Shown: piece after piece, positions 46,815-56,952 of the stretch
Numbering within the stretch: position 1 is the stretch's first letter
How the letters are laid out: each line of letters opens with the position of its first letter
DNA from: Candidatus Liptonbacteria bacterium
GTDB taxonomy: Bacteria > Patescibacteriota > Minisyncoccia > UBA6257 > 2-01-FULL-56-20
Direction: 5' to 3'
Length of the DNA: 64,000 nt
NCBI GenBank assembly: GCA_016182105.1
Contig: JACOXZ010000011.1
Span: 1,218 to 65,217 of the forward strand
Translations under genes and position numbers: made by a program
Notes under the pieces: generated by a model
Told to the model about the DNA's origin: nothing
Seen by the model: only the letters and a program-made list of their open reading frames with translations
The model's database searches: none

Positions 46815-48137
46815 ATGATGGAAAATATGATGGAAAAAATTGTGAGTTTAGCCAAGCGCCGAGGTTTTATTTTTCCCGGCTCCGAGATCTACGGCGGGCT
46901 CGCCAATTCTTGGGATTACGGCCCTTTGGGCGTGGAACTCAAAAATAACGTTAAAAAACTCTGGTGGGAAAGGTTTGTCCATCGTAGGGACGATATTTTG
47001 GGAATTGATTCCTCTATTATAATGAACCCCAAAGTTTGGGAGGCGAGCGGACACCTTAAGGAGTTTAAGGATAAACTTGCCGAGTGCAAGAATTGCAAAA
47101 AGAGGTTTAAAGCAAGCGACACCCGTAACGATACCTGCCCAGCCTGTGGCCATAAGAGCGGGTTTAATATGGAGGTCAAGGATTTCAATTTGATGTTCCA
47201 GACCCATTTGGGGCCGGTGCTCGACAAGAAAGCCCTTGTCTATCTGCGGCCGGAGACAGCCCAAGCTATGTTCGTCGATTTCAAAGCCATCTTGGACTCT
47301 GCGAGCGTGAAGATTCCTTTTGGCATTGCGCAGGTTGGCAAGGCTTTTCGGAATGAAATTACGCCGGGGAACTTCATTTTCCGCACTCGCGAATTTGAAC
47401 AAATGGAGATTGAATATTTCATACGAGAAAAAGAGTGGCAGAAATATTTTGATTACTGGCAGGAGGAGATTTTGAAATGGATTGAGTCCGTCGGGATAAA
47501 CAAAAAAAGAGTCCACCTTGTCGAGGTCAAGGAAAGAGAAAGAGCCCACTATTCCAAGCGCTCTGTAGATTTCGAATACGAGTTTCCTTTTGGTCAGGCC
47601 GAGCTTTACGGTTTGGCTTACCGAGGCGATTTTGACCTCAAGAATCACGAAAAGTATTCAGGCACAAGTCTCAAGTATAGAGATCCGGACACAGGGGAGG
47701 AATTTTTGCCGCACGTGATTGAACCAACTTGGGGAGTTGACCGATCGGTCTTAGCCATTCTTCTCGATTCTTACGAGGAAGAAAGTAAAGGCAAAGAAAA
47801 GAGAACTGTTCTTCGTCTTTTGCCGCAGCTCGCGCCTTACAAGGCCGCAGTTTTTCCGCTTCTGGCGAACAAAGACAAGCTTATAAAATTAGCGAGAAAA
47901 GTTTATGAGGATCTGAGAGGAAATTTTTTTGTCGCCTGGGACGATAGGGGCAATATAGGCAAACGTTACTTTGCCCAAGACGAGATCGGCACGCCATTCT
48001 GCCTTACGGTTGATTTTGAGAGTCTGGAAAATGACGAGGTGACTGTCCGAGATCGCGACTCTATGGGGCAGGAAAGAATTAAAATAGAGAAGCTAGAAAG
48101 TTTTCTGCATGACAAAGTTTATAGTAAAGGGCGGTAA
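46815..48137 (+). CDS. glyQS: glycine--tRNA ligase (homodimeric alpha2 type)
   Basis: KRRGFIFPGSEIYGGLANSWDYGPLG. Confidence 0.8.
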   Translation: MMENMMEKIVSLAKRRGFIFPGSEIYGGLANSWDYGPLGVELKNNVKKLWWERFVHRRDDILGIDSSIIMNPKVWEASGHLKEFKDKLAECKNCKKRFKASDTRNDTCPACGHKSGFNMEVKDFNLMFQTHLGPVLDKKALVYLRPETAQAMFVDFKAILDSASVKIPFGIAQVGKAFRNEITPGNFIFRTREFEQMEIEYFIREKEWQKYFDYWQEEILKWIESVGINKKRVHLVEVKERERAHYSKRSVDFEYEFPFGQAELYGLAYRGDFDLKNHEKYSGTSLKYRDPDTGEEFLPHVIEPTWGVDRSVLAILLDSYEEESKGKEKRTVLRLLPQLAPYKAAVFPLLANKDKLIKLARKVYEDLRGNFFVAWDDRGNIGKRYFAQDEIGTPFCLTVDFESLENDEVTVRDRDSMGQERIKIEKLESFLHDKVYSKGR

Positions 48138-49404
48138 AGAACTTCACGGCGAAATTAGGCTTGCTGGCGCGAAGGCTGAAGCGCCGAAGCTTATGATCGC
48201 TTCGCTCTTAACCGATGAGCCGGTGCGGCTCGATAATTTCCCTAAGATCGGCGACACGGACATCACCCGTGAACTCTGCGAACGTATAGGAAGCAAGTTT
48301 TCAGTAAAAAACGGATCTGCGACGCTCACGACTCCTTCTCTAAAAAACAGCCGCGTTTTGGAGCTAAGCCGACGAAATCGAATCCCAATACTTGCCCTGG
48401 GCCCGCTCCTCGCCCGTACTGGCGAGGCGGAAGTGCCGATTTTGGGGGGGGATAAGATTGGGCCGAGGCCAGTTGACCTCCATCTCCAAGCGCTCCGCGC
48501 TTTGGGCGCAGAGATTGAAATAACCGCTTCAAGTTTCAGGGCAAAGGCACCCAAAGGCCTTCGAGGAGCTTTAATAGAACTTGGTTTTCCAAGTGTTGGT
48601 GCGACAGAAAACACAATCCTTGCCGCAGTGCTTGCTAAAGGCAAAACAGTCTTGAAAAATGCCGCACTTGGGCCGGAAATTATAGGACTTATAAAGATGC
48701 TTCAGAAGATGGGTGCGATAATTGAGCTTGCCCCGCCGCGTACTATTACGATAGAGGGCGTATCCCGTCTCCGCGGCACGAGGCATCGGATTTTGCCCGA
48801 CCGTAACGAGGCCGTTTCATTTGCGTGCTTAGCGATTGCGACGGGAGGCGATATTTTAATCCGCGGCGCCGTTCAGGAACACCTCATCACGTTTTTAAAC
48901 ACACTCCGGCGAATCGGCGCCGACTACGAAGTTTTGCCCGAGGGCATTCGTTTCCGGCGCATGAATAATTTACGAGTGACCGACATTGAAACCGCAACCC
49001 ATCCTGGCTTTATGACCGACTGGCAGCAGCCGTTTGCGGTGCTCTTAACGCAAGCGGACGGTGCCTCGACCATTCATGAAACGATCTACGAGGATCGCTT
49101 CGGTTACGTGGCGGACTTAAACGCGATGGGCGCCTCGATCGAGATATCGGACATGTGCCCCTCCGGCCGCAGCTGCAGATTTTCGGGCGGGCACTCTAAG
49201 CACGTTGCAAAGATTTCAGGCCCCTCGAAACTTCGCGGCGGCAAACTCGCTGTTCGCGACCTCCGCTCGGGGATGGTAGACGTGATCGCCGCGCTTGTTG
49301 CAGAGGGGGAGTCGTTGATCGAAGGCGTCGAAGAAATCGACCGCGGCTACGAGCGCATAGACGAACGGCTGCGGAAGTTAGGAGCCGAGATTAAACGGAT
49401 ATGA
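48109..49404 (+). CDS. murA: UDP-N-acetylglucosamine 1-carboxyvinyltransferase
   Basis: Typical MurA N-terminus and length. Confidence 0.8.
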   Translation: MTKFIVKGGKELHGEIRLAGAKAEAPKLMIASLLTDEPVRLDNFPKIGDTDITRELCERIGSKFSVKNGSATLTTPSLKNSRVLELSRRNRIPILALGPLLARTGEAEVPILGGDKIGPRPVDLHLQALRALGAEIEITASSFRAKAPKGLRGALIELGFPSVGATENTILAAVLAKGKTVLKNAALGPEIIGLIKMLQKMGAIIELAPPRTITIEGVSRLRGTRHRILPDRNEAVSFACLAIATGGDILIRGAVQEHLITFLNTLRRIGADYEVLPEGIRFRRMNNLRVTDIETATHPGFMTDWQQPFAVLLTQADGASTIHETIYEDRFGYVADLNAMGASIEISDMCPSGRSCRFSGGHSKHVAKISGPSKLRGGKLAVRDLRSGMVDVIAALVAEGESLIEGVEEIDRGYERIDERLRKLGAEIKRI

Positions 49405-49457
49405 AACTCTATTAAATTAGATTGACTTATTAGTATTTTTGAATTTAAATTAATGTA

Positions 49458-50465
49458 ATGTTTACTCGGAAAATCGGCATTGATTTGGGCACGGCGAATA
49501 CGATTGTTTTTGTTCCGGGAAAGGGATTCATTATTAACGAGCCGACGATTGTGGCAATGAATAAACCCGAGAACTCTATCCTCGCTGTAGGCGTTGAGGC
49601 CAAAGAGATGATAGGCCGAACTTCCGAGAACATCTTGGCCTACCGTCCCTTAAAAGACGGCGTGATTGCCGATTACTATATCACGAAGGCCATGCTCACT
49701 TATTTCATCTCCAAAGCCGTGAGCTGGTTTAATTTGTTTAAGCCGGAGGTGGTGATCTCGGTGCCGGCCGGCATAACCCAGACCGAGCGCCGTGCCGTCG
49801 TGAATGCCGCTCGGGAGGCAGGGGCGAGGCGGGCCTATGTTGTCCGCGAGCCGGTACTCGCGGCCCTAGGCGCAGGCATCCCCATTAATGCCCGCTCTGG
49901 CAATATGGTGGTGAATATCGGAGGCGGCACATCCGAGGTGGCTGTGATTGCTTTGGGAAGCATTGTTTCATGGACAAGTTTGAGGGTCGCTGGCAACCGC
50001 TTTGATCAGGCCATTCGTGATTATGTGAAGAAAAAGTACGCCCTCGCGATCGGCGAGCAGACTGCCGAGGCGGTGAAGATTGAGATAGGATCGGCAATGC
50101 CCACCAAAGAAAAGATGGAATACGAAATTCGCGGCCGAGACTTGGTTTCGGGTCTGCCTAAGGATGTGGCCTTGACCTCGAATGAAATTGCCGAAGCCCT
50201 GAACCCATACCTCATAGAAATCGCCGGTTCAGTGCAGAATGTTTTTAACGTGACCCCGCCAGAGCTTGTGGCCGATATTATGGAGAAAGGGATGGTTTTA
50301 TCCGGAGGCAGCGCCCAACTCCACTCACTTCCAGAATTTTTTGAGCGGACCTTAGGTGTTCAGGCTTACGTGGCCGAAGATCCTCTTTTTTGCGTGGCCA
50401 AAGGCACGGGTCTCATCTTGAGCCACCTCGACACTTACAAAAGGACGCTTTCGAATAAACAGTAA
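49458..50465 (+). CDS. MreB-like actin homologue (second copy)
   Basis: IGIDLGTANT, NIGGGTSE. Confidence 0.75.
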   Translation: MFTRKIGIDLGTANTIVFVPGKGFIINEPTIVAMNKPENSILAVGVEAKEMIGRTSENILAYRPLKDGVIADYYITKAMLTYFISKAVSWFNLFKPEVVISVPAGITQTERRAVVNAAREAGARRAYVVREPVLAALGAGIPINARSGNMVVNIGGGTSEVAVIALGSIVSWTSLRVAGNRFDQAIRDYVKKKYALAIGEQTAEAVKIEIGSAMPTKEKMEYEIRGRDLVSGLPKDVALTSNEIAEALNPYLIEIAGSVQNVFNVTPPELVADIMEKGMVLSGGSAQLHSLPEFFERTLGVQAYVAEDPLFCVAKGTGLILSHLDTYKRTLSNKQ

Positions 50466-51382
50466 TGTTGATAGGCCACGAGCGGATCATTAAGGACTTA
50501 GAATATCTAGCGAAGAGTCGCGACTTCAGTCACGCCTATCTATTTTTCGGAACAGAGCAAGTAGGTAAAAGGAGAGTGGCTTTAGGATTAGCAAATTATT
50601 TTGAAAAAGGAATTTTTGACCCGCCAGCCTCGACTAGCTCGAGTCTAGGCGGGCCAGGCGAGCCGCCCTCCGCTGGGGGCGAGCCTCGCCTCCATGGAGG
50701 CGGGAGACCCCTGAACGACACCCGGCAAATTGAGCCGAGCCCGGAGAAAACAATCGGCATTAATGTCGTCCGGGAGCTAAAGAATTACTTGTCCCAAAAA
50801 CCGAATGTGAGTCCATACCGTCTGGTGATTATAAATGATGCTGAATTTTTGACCCCAGAGGCCCAAAACGCTCTTCTCCGCTTAACTGAAGAGCCGCCGC
50901 CTTCTTCTCTTTTAATCTTAGTTTTACGGGATCCGGAGTCGCTCACGCCTACGCTTACCTCGCGTTTTCAAAAAATTTATTTTGGGACGGTTCAAACCTC
51001 GATCGTGAAAGTCTGGTTAGAGAAAGAGTTAAAGATTTCAGTTAAAAAAGCCGAAGAAGTTGCTAAGATTTCCCGCGGGAAGCCCGGGCTCGCTTACAGC
51101 ATGCTTAAGGATAAAAACTTTGAGGCGCTCACGCGAACGGCGGAAAAATTCTCTAAAGTCCCCAAAAGAGATCGCCGCCTTTTTTTAAAAAAACTTCTCG
51201 AATCCAAAAACTTTAATTTCCCTGCCTTTTTAGATGCTTTAGTCATAAATCTGGAGCCAAAAAAAGTGGATAATTTTCACCTCTGGCACAAAATTTTAGA
51301 ACTCAAGAGGAAAATGACCTATTTCAATTTGAATCCGCGTCTCCAGCTTGAGAATCTTTTGGAGGCTTTTGTATCCCGTTAG
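50465..51382 (+). CDS. holB: DNA polymerase III delta' subunit-like (with a GC-rich low-complexity insertion)
   Basis: AAA+-like N-terminus HAYLFFGTEQVGK and RLTEEPP. Confidence 0.6.
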   Translation: MLIGHERIIKDLEYLAKSRDFSHAYLFFGTEQVGKRRVALGLANYFEKGIFDPPASTSSSLGGPGEPPSAGGEPRLHGGGRPLNDTRQIEPSPEKTIGINVVRELKNYLSQKPNVSPYRLVIINDAEFLTPEAQNALLRLTEEPPPSSLLILVLRDPESLTPTLTSRFQKIYFGTVQTSIVKVWLEKELKISVKKAEEVAKISRGKPGLAYSMLKDKNFEALTRTAEKFSKVPKRDRRLFLKKLLESKNFNFPAFLDALVINLEPKKVDNFHLWHKILELKRKMTYFNLNPRLQLENLLEAFVSR

Positions 51383-51412
51383 ATAACTATCTCACGGGAT
51401 AAACAAAACCTT

Positions 51413-51519
51413 CACCCAGCACATAAATTTATGATGACGTTCACAAACAACAAATCAATAACTGCCACACAAAACAGCTTAATACTGAAGGTCACCTGGT
51501 TAAATTTATGTGCTGGGTG
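51413..51519. repeat. perfect 19-bp inverted repeats (cacccagcacataaattta / taaatttatgtgctgggtg) flanking a 69-nt loop
   Basis: Read directly. Intergenic between holB and frr. Confidence 0.6.
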
Positions 51520-51558
51520 CTCAATTTTATCATCTCGCTTCGCTCGAACAAAATTGGC

Positions 51559-52125
51559 ATGACAGCTGAGGTAGCGGGAAGATTTATTAAGGAACTCGAA
51601 GCTGAATTGAAGTCGGTGGTTCAAAGATTCCGTGAAGAGGTGAGAGTCCTCCGCGGCAGCCGTCTTTCGACCGAACCTGTGGAAAATATTAAGGTTAATT
51701 ATTATGATGAATGGCTTACAATAAAAGAGCTTGGGACCCTTACGGTCGTACCGCCACGCGAAATTGATATTAAAGTCTGGGATAAAACTGCGGCACCGCT
51801 TATCTTAAAAGCTTTGGAAGATTCTAAAAGCGGGCTCACAGTTCAAAGTGAAGGGGACTTAATTAGAACCTTTCTTCCGGTTTTAACCAAAGAGCGCCGC
51901 GAGGAGCTTGGAAAACTCGTTAAAAAAATATCCGAGTTGAGCCGTATCCAAGTTAGGAGCCGTAGGGACGAGGCGATAAAAAAAATCAAGTCAGCAAGCG
52001 ACAAAAAAGAGATTAGCGAAGATCAGGTTTTTAAGTCTAAAGAAAAAATCCAAGAATTAGTTGATAATGCGAATAACCAAATCGAAACCATTGTTCAGAA
52101 TAAAATCAAAGAACTAAGCGAATAA
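51559..52125 (+). CDS. frr: ribosome recycling factor
   Basis: RRF motifs VRVLRGSR, VKVWDK. The ORF-track start at 51508 reads through a hairpin motif. Confidence 0.8.
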   Translation: MTAEVAGRFIKELEAELKSVVQRFREEVRVLRGSRLSTEPVENIKVNYYDEWLTIKELGTLTVVPPREIDIKVWDKTAAPLILKALEDSKSGLTVQSEGDLIRTFLPVLTKERREELGKLVKKISELSRIQVRSRRDEAIKKIKSASDKKEISEDQVFKSKEKIQELVDNANNQIETIVQNKIKELSE

Positions 52126-52149
52126 TCTCCACCCTTCAAAGATATCAAG

Positions 52150-53211
52150 ATGCTAATTGCTTTATTCGTCATTATTGGACTTTCACTTTTAATTTTAGGC
52201 CACGAGGCCGGGCATTTTTTGGCGGCCAAGTACTTTAAGTTAAAAGTTGATGAGTTCGGTTTTGGTTTTCCGCCTCGGATTTTTGCCTGGAGGCCAAAAG
52301 CCAAAAAAAGTGAAACTGAGTATAGTGTGAACTGGCTGCCTTTCGGCGGTTTTGTGAAGATTGCTGGTGAAAATGCCGAGATAAAGAGCGACACGCAGAA
52401 ACTCGAAGAAATTTCCGAGGAAGAAAAAGAACAGCTTTTTGTTTTTCAATCAGTTTCACGGAGAAGTCTTATAATTTTGGCTGGGGTCACGATGAATTTC
52501 ATTATCGGTTGGTTTTTGATTTCCTCAGTGCTTATGATCGGCACGCCTCCGGTTTTGATTGTAAGCGAAGTCCAAGCCGGTTCGCCGGCGGAGGAGGCTG
52601 GCATACTTCAAGGCGACGTGATTAAAAATTACACTGCGGCTGATTCCTTTATTAAGTTCGTGAGCGGAAATCGAGGCAAAGAAATCGAGGTTCAAGTTGA
52701 GCGCGGCAAAAAAGATTTGGTCTTTAAAGTCACGCCCCGAGCCGAAGTTGACCCTAAACAGGGAGCTCTCGGAGTTTTTTTGGCTGAAGGAGGCGTACCT
52801 CGGCAAGGTTTTTTTAATGCCATCTACACCGGTCTAAAACAGTCAGTTGTGATTGTTGGGCTCACGATCTCCGCCCTTTATGAACTTCTAAAAAATCTCA
52901 TTCTTCACGGATCTCTGATTTCCGGGATAGTGGGGCCGGTTGGAATTTTCGGGGTAGCTCAGCAGGCCGGAGAGATCGGTTTTATCTATTTGCTCCAGCT
53001 GATGAGTTTGATCTCTTTAAACCTCGCGGTTGTCAACCTCATTCCTTTCCCGGCTTTGGACGGCGGCCGATTTTTGATGATTTTAATCGAGAAAATCAAA
53101 GGCTCGCCGATACCAAGACGAGTTGAGGCCTTAGTGAATGGCCTGGGCTTCGCTTTTCTTATCTTTCTTATGGCCATTCTTACCATCCGTGATATCGCGA
53201 GATGGTTTTAG
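52150..53211 (+). CDS. rseP: RIP (site-2) zinc metalloprotease RseP
   Basis: HEAGHF (HExxH), a PDZ segment and a C-terminal LDGG motif. Confidence 0.75.
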   Translation: MLIALFVIIGLSLLILGHEAGHFLAAKYFKLKVDEFGFGFPPRIFAWRPKAKKSETEYSVNWLPFGGFVKIAGENAEIKSDTQKLEEISEEEKEQLFVFQSVSRRSLIILAGVTMNFIIGWFLISSVLMIGTPPVLIVSEVQAGSPAEEAGILQGDVIKNYTAADSFIKFVSGNRGKEIEVQVERGKKDLVFKVTPRAEVDPKQGALGVFLAEGGVPRQGFFNAIYTGLKQSVVIVGLTISALYELLKNLILHGSLISGIVGPVGIFGVAQQAGEIGFIYLLQLMSLISLNLAVVNLIPFPALDGGRFLMILIEKIKGSPIPRRVEALVNGLGFAFLIFLMAILTIRDIARWF

Positions 53212-53225
53212 GCAACTGAGCGTTG

Positions 53226-53341
53226 TCCCGTTAGAAGCCGCGATCGCTTTGGGTAATGCATAGTTGTTTGCCGTATGGATAGTCATTGTTATACATCGCT
53301 ATAGTCCACATATCACTGATCGCGATCTGTTTCTAACGGGA
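53226..53341. repeat. family-1 miniature TIR element, copy E3
   Basis: Same TIRs as E1 and E2. Flanked by cgttg on both sides. Confidence 0.8.
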
Positions 53342-53383
53342 CGTTGCTATCTTTCTAAGGTGCGGGGTAAAATAGAGATATAA

Positions 53384-53761
53384 ATGCCTAACGTGAGGCC
53401 CACGAAGAAAATCTTGATTGTTGAGGATGAAAAGCCAGCGGCTAAGGCCTTTGGGCTTAAACTAGGCCGCGCTGGCTTTGAATCCGAAGTTGCTTTTGAC
53501 GGCGTAGACGCGCTCGCGATATTAGCCAAAAAAAACTTCGACCTTATCCTTCTTGACCTTGTGATGCCGCGGATGGATGGCTTTGAGTTCTTGGCTGAGC
53601 TAAAAAACAGGAATATAAAAACACCGGTCATCGTGACAAGTAGTTTGAGTCAGGAAGAAGACGCCAAAAGAGCCAAAGATTTGGGCGCTATAGATTATTT
53701 TGTGAAATCCGATACGCCGATTGCGGATATCGTCGAGCACGTGAAAAAAGTTTTGAACTAA
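53384..53761 (+). CDS. single-domain response regulator
   Basis: KKILIVEDE...DLVMPRMDG. Confidence 0.7.
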   Translation: MPNVRPTKKILIVEDEKPAAKAFGLKLGRAGFESEVAFDGVDALAILAKKNFDLILLDLVMPRMDGFEFLAELKNRNIKTPVIVTSSLSQEEDAKRAKDLGAIDYFVKSDTPIADIVEHVKKVLN

Positions 53762-55446
53762 TGATTGACACCGGAAAAATAGAATCCATCCTTTTGCGGG
53801 AAAATTATGTCACCTCCGATGAGATCAAAAAGGCCGAGGAGTTTGGGAAATCCCGCAATACATCGCCGATTGAGTATCTATTAACCGAGGGACTCATAAC
53901 CAAAGATCTTTTGGGTCAGGCCATTGCCGAATCTTTTGGGGTGCCTTACGCCGATTTGAATTCCAACGCGCCGTCTAAGGAGCAAGTTTTAAAAATCCCC
54001 GAGGAGACTGCCAAAAAATTTCACATCGTCCTTTTCAAAGAAAGCGAGCTCGAAGTCGTAGTTGCAACCGATGATCCAGAGCAGGAAGGGCTAAAAGAGG
54101 CGCTCGATAACATTTTCAATCCCTTTAATGTTTTTGAAAAAGTCAAAAGGACAACGGTTGCTTATTCTCTGCCCGAGGACATTGAGTCGGTTTTTATTTA
54201 TTACCGGAAGCCCCTAGAGACAAGATTCACTAAAATCATCGAAGCCAAGAAACGGGTCGCGCCCGAGATCATTGAAGAAATTTTGGAAGACGCCATTGCC
54301 TTCCGTGCTTCTGACGTCCATTTCGAACCGCAGGAAAAGGAAGTGCTTATCCGCTTCAGGATTGACGGTGTTCTTCACGAGGCCGGCCGGATTCCAAAAG
54401 AACACTATGAAAACATTTTAAACAGGATAAAGGTCCAGTCACATCTTCGGATTGACGAGCACCTCTCCGCTCAAGACGGCGCGATGAGATACGAGAGGTC
54501 TGGAGGAGCTGTTGACTTACGTGTCTCCGTAGTGCCAACTCTTGACGGCGAAAAAGTCGCGATCCGTATACTTGCTCAGTACATTCAGAGTTTTTCCCTT
54601 GGCGATTTGGGGTTCTCACACTCGGATCAGGAAGGTATTTTGGAGGCGGGAAAATTGCCTTTTGGAATGATTTTAGTCACCGGCCCAACTGGGTCGGGAA
54701 AAACCACCACTCTTTACGCCCTGATTAAGATTCTGAACCGTCCAGAGGTAAATATCACAACCATTGAAGACCCAGTGGAATATAAGATAGTTGGGGTAAA
54801 CCAAATCAGAGTGAACCCTGCGACTAATCTCACTTTTGCCGAAGGTCTTCGTTCGATTGTGAGGCAGGACCCCAATATCATCTTGGTTGGAGAGGTCCGC
54901 GACCGCGAAACCGCTGAAATTTCCGTAAATGCCGCCTTAACCGGTCACCTTCTCCTTTCCACTTTCCACGCCAATGACGCCGCAACCGCTATCCCTCGGC
55001 TCTTAGACATGGGCGTTGAGCCATTTCTTCTCGCTTCAACGCTTGAGGTCGTGATCGCCCAACGGCTCACTCGCCGAATTTGCGTAGCCTGCCGTAAGAG
55101 CGTCTCAATGAGTTCCGAGGAGCTCTTGCATCTCCATCCCGCCATAAGTCGATATTTCCCCGGGAAGAGTTTTAACCTTTACAAAGGCAAGGGCTGTAAT
55201 ACTTGCGGCAAGACAGGTTATAAAGGGAGAATAGCCATTTTTGAGATCATCCGGATTACGCCGGAGATGGAAGACTTGATTTTGAAAAACCCGCCGACCT
55301 CCGAGATTTGGAAGCTGGCGAGGCGTCAGGGGTCTCGCTCGCTTTTTGAGGACGGTTTAGAGAAAGTTAAAGCCGGCATCACTACTTTAGAAGAACTTTT
55401 CCGAGTGGCTAATCCGCCAGAGATGACTTTAGGCGGCCTGGAGTAA
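53761..55446 (+). CDS. pilB: type IV pilus assembly ATPase PilB/GspE (long form with N-terminal domain)
   Basis: GPTGSGKTTT plus a C-terminal Cys cluster. Paralogue of 1216-2466. Confidence 0.85.
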   Translation: MIDTGKIESILLRENYVTSDEIKKAEEFGKSRNTSPIEYLLTEGLITKDLLGQAIAESFGVPYADLNSNAPSKEQVLKIPEETAKKFHIVLFKESELEVVVATDDPEQEGLKEALDNIFNPFNVFEKVKRTTVAYSLPEDIESVFIYYRKPLETRFTKIIEAKKRVAPEIIEEILEDAIAFRASDVHFEPQEKEVLIRFRIDGVLHEAGRIPKEHYENILNRIKVQSHLRIDEHLSAQDGAMRYERSGGAVDLRVSVVPTLDGEKVAIRILAQYIQSFSLGDLGFSHSDQEGILEAGKLPFGMILVTGPTGSGKTTTLYALIKILNRPEVNITTIEDPVEYKIVGVNQIRVNPATNLTFAEGLRSIVRQDPNIILVGEVRDRETAEISVNAALTGHLLLSTFHANDAATAIPRLLDMGVEPFLLASTLEVVIAQRLTRRICVACRKSVSMSSEELLHLHPAISRYFPGKSFNLYKGKGCNTCGKTGYKGRIAIFEIIRITPEMEDLILKNPPTSEIWKLARRQGSRSLFEDGLEKVKAGITTLEELFRVANPPEMTLGGLE

Positions 55447-55449
55447 GCG

Positions 55450-56520
55450 ATGATCCCTTTTTTACGCAACTTCGGCCTTGGCCAAGAAAAAGATTATTTA
55501 ATCGAAAATTTATCTCTACTTCTCGCTTCCGGGATTACTATCACCTCGGCGCTTGAGGCCATTAAAGTTGAGGTTAGATCTCAAAGGATCAAGGGGATAG
55601 TGACTGCGCTTGAGGAAGACGTAGAGAGCGGCGTGCCGCTCTGGAAGGCGCTTCAAGGGAGCCGGCTTTTCGCGCCGCATGTGGTCTCACTCGTGAAGAT
55701 CGGCGAGGAGGCTGGCCGTCTTCCCGAAAATCTAAAGGTCATTGCCGAGGAAGAGCAGAAGGATAGGGTATTTCGCTCGAAAATACGTTCGGCCATGATG
55801 TATCCGGTTTTCGTCTTTACCCTGACTGTAATAATCGGCGTCGGCATTGCCTGGTTTATCCTGCCGCGTTTGGCCTCGGTCTTCAGCGAGCTTGATATCA
55901 AACTGCCCCTTGTGACGAGGGCCTTGATCGCTCTCGGCAAATTTTTAGGAGAGTATGGCGCTATCGTGATCCCTCTTATTCTTCTTGCGGCTGTTGCCCT
56001 AATTTACTTTCTTTTTATTTTCCGGCGCACCAAGTTTATCGGCCAATTTATTCTTTTTAAGATCCCGGGCGTCGGGAAACTAATTAAAGAAGTGGAACTA
56101 GCGAGAATGGGTTATATTTTAGGGACGCTCCTCAAGGCCGGGCTTACTGCTCCAGAATCTTTAGGGTCGCTATCCGAGGCCTCAACTTCTTTTACCTACC
56201 GCAACCTATACGCTTTTTTGAAGGACCATGTTGAGGCAGGGGATTCATTCCAAAAGAGCTTTCGTTTTTTTCCAAAGATAAATTCATTTATCCCAACGCC
56301 GATTGAGGAACTTATCGTTACAGGCGAGAAATCCGGCCGTCTCTCGGAGAGTTTTCTTAAAATCGCCGAAATATTTGAGAGTAAAACCGATATTACGACA
56401 AAGAATCTCACGGTTATTTTGGAGCCGATTCTTCTTGTAATTGTCTGGTTGGGGGTTGTGGCTGTGGCCTTAGCTGTCATTTTGCCGATTTACAGTTTGA
56501 TCGGAGGGTTTAATAAGTGA
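55450..56520 (+). CDS. pilC: type IV pilus platform protein PilC/GspF (second copy)
   Basis: Paralogue of 2479-3558. Confidence 0.8.
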   Translation: MIPFLRNFGLGQEKDYLIENLSLLLASGITITSALEAIKVEVRSQRIKGIVTALEEDVESGVPLWKALQGSRLFAPHVVSLVKIGEEAGRLPENLKVIAEEEQKDRVFRSKIRSAMMYPVFVFTLTVIIGVGIAWFILPRLASVFSELDIKLPLVTRALIALGKFLGEYGAIVIPLILLAAVALIYFLFIFRRTKFIGQFILFKIPGVGKLIKEVELARMGYILGTLLKAGLTAPESLGSLSEASTSFTYRNLYAFLKDHVEAGDSFQKSFRFFPKINSFIPTPIEELIVTGEKSGRLSESFLKIAEIFESKTDITTKNLTVILEPILLVIVWLGVVAVALAVILPIYSLIGGFNK

Positions 56521-56521
56521 G

Positions 56522-56950
56522 ATGCGCGGCTTTATGTTACTAGAGGTCCTGCTTTCAGTAGTTTTGATTGCGGTCTTGGCCGTGATCACTATCCCTATTT
56601 ATCAGTCGTTTCAGGTAAAAAACGATCTCGAGCTTGCGGTAAATACCGTGTCGCAGACTTTGCGGCGGGCCCAAATTTTTGCGGAGTCAGTCGCGAGCGA
56701 TACCGCTTGGGGCGTTTTTGTGGGTTCAAGTAGCATCACCCTTTTTCGGGGCCCAAGTTTTTCAAGCCGGGTTACCTCTTCAGATGAAGTTTTTGATTTG
56801 CCATCCACCATTTCTCCGGGAGGGCTTCGGGAGTTTATTTTTTTGAAATTCTCCGGTGAACCGCAAGCTACTGGAACACTAACCCTAACTTCTTCAGCTA
56901 ATGAGACAAAGTCCGTTAGCGTTAATAGTAAGGGAGTCGTTACTTATTAG
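56522..56950 (+). CDS. pseudopilin
   Basis: MRGFMLLEVLLSVVLIAVL. Confidence 0.55.
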   Translation: MRGFMLLEVLLSVVLIAVLAVITIPIYQSFQVKNDLELAVNTVSQTLRRAQIFAESVASDTAWGVFVGSSSITLFRGPSFSSRVTSSDEVFDLPSTISPGGLREFIFLKFSGEPQATGTLTLTSSANETKSVSVNSKGVVTY

Positions 56951-56952
56951 CG

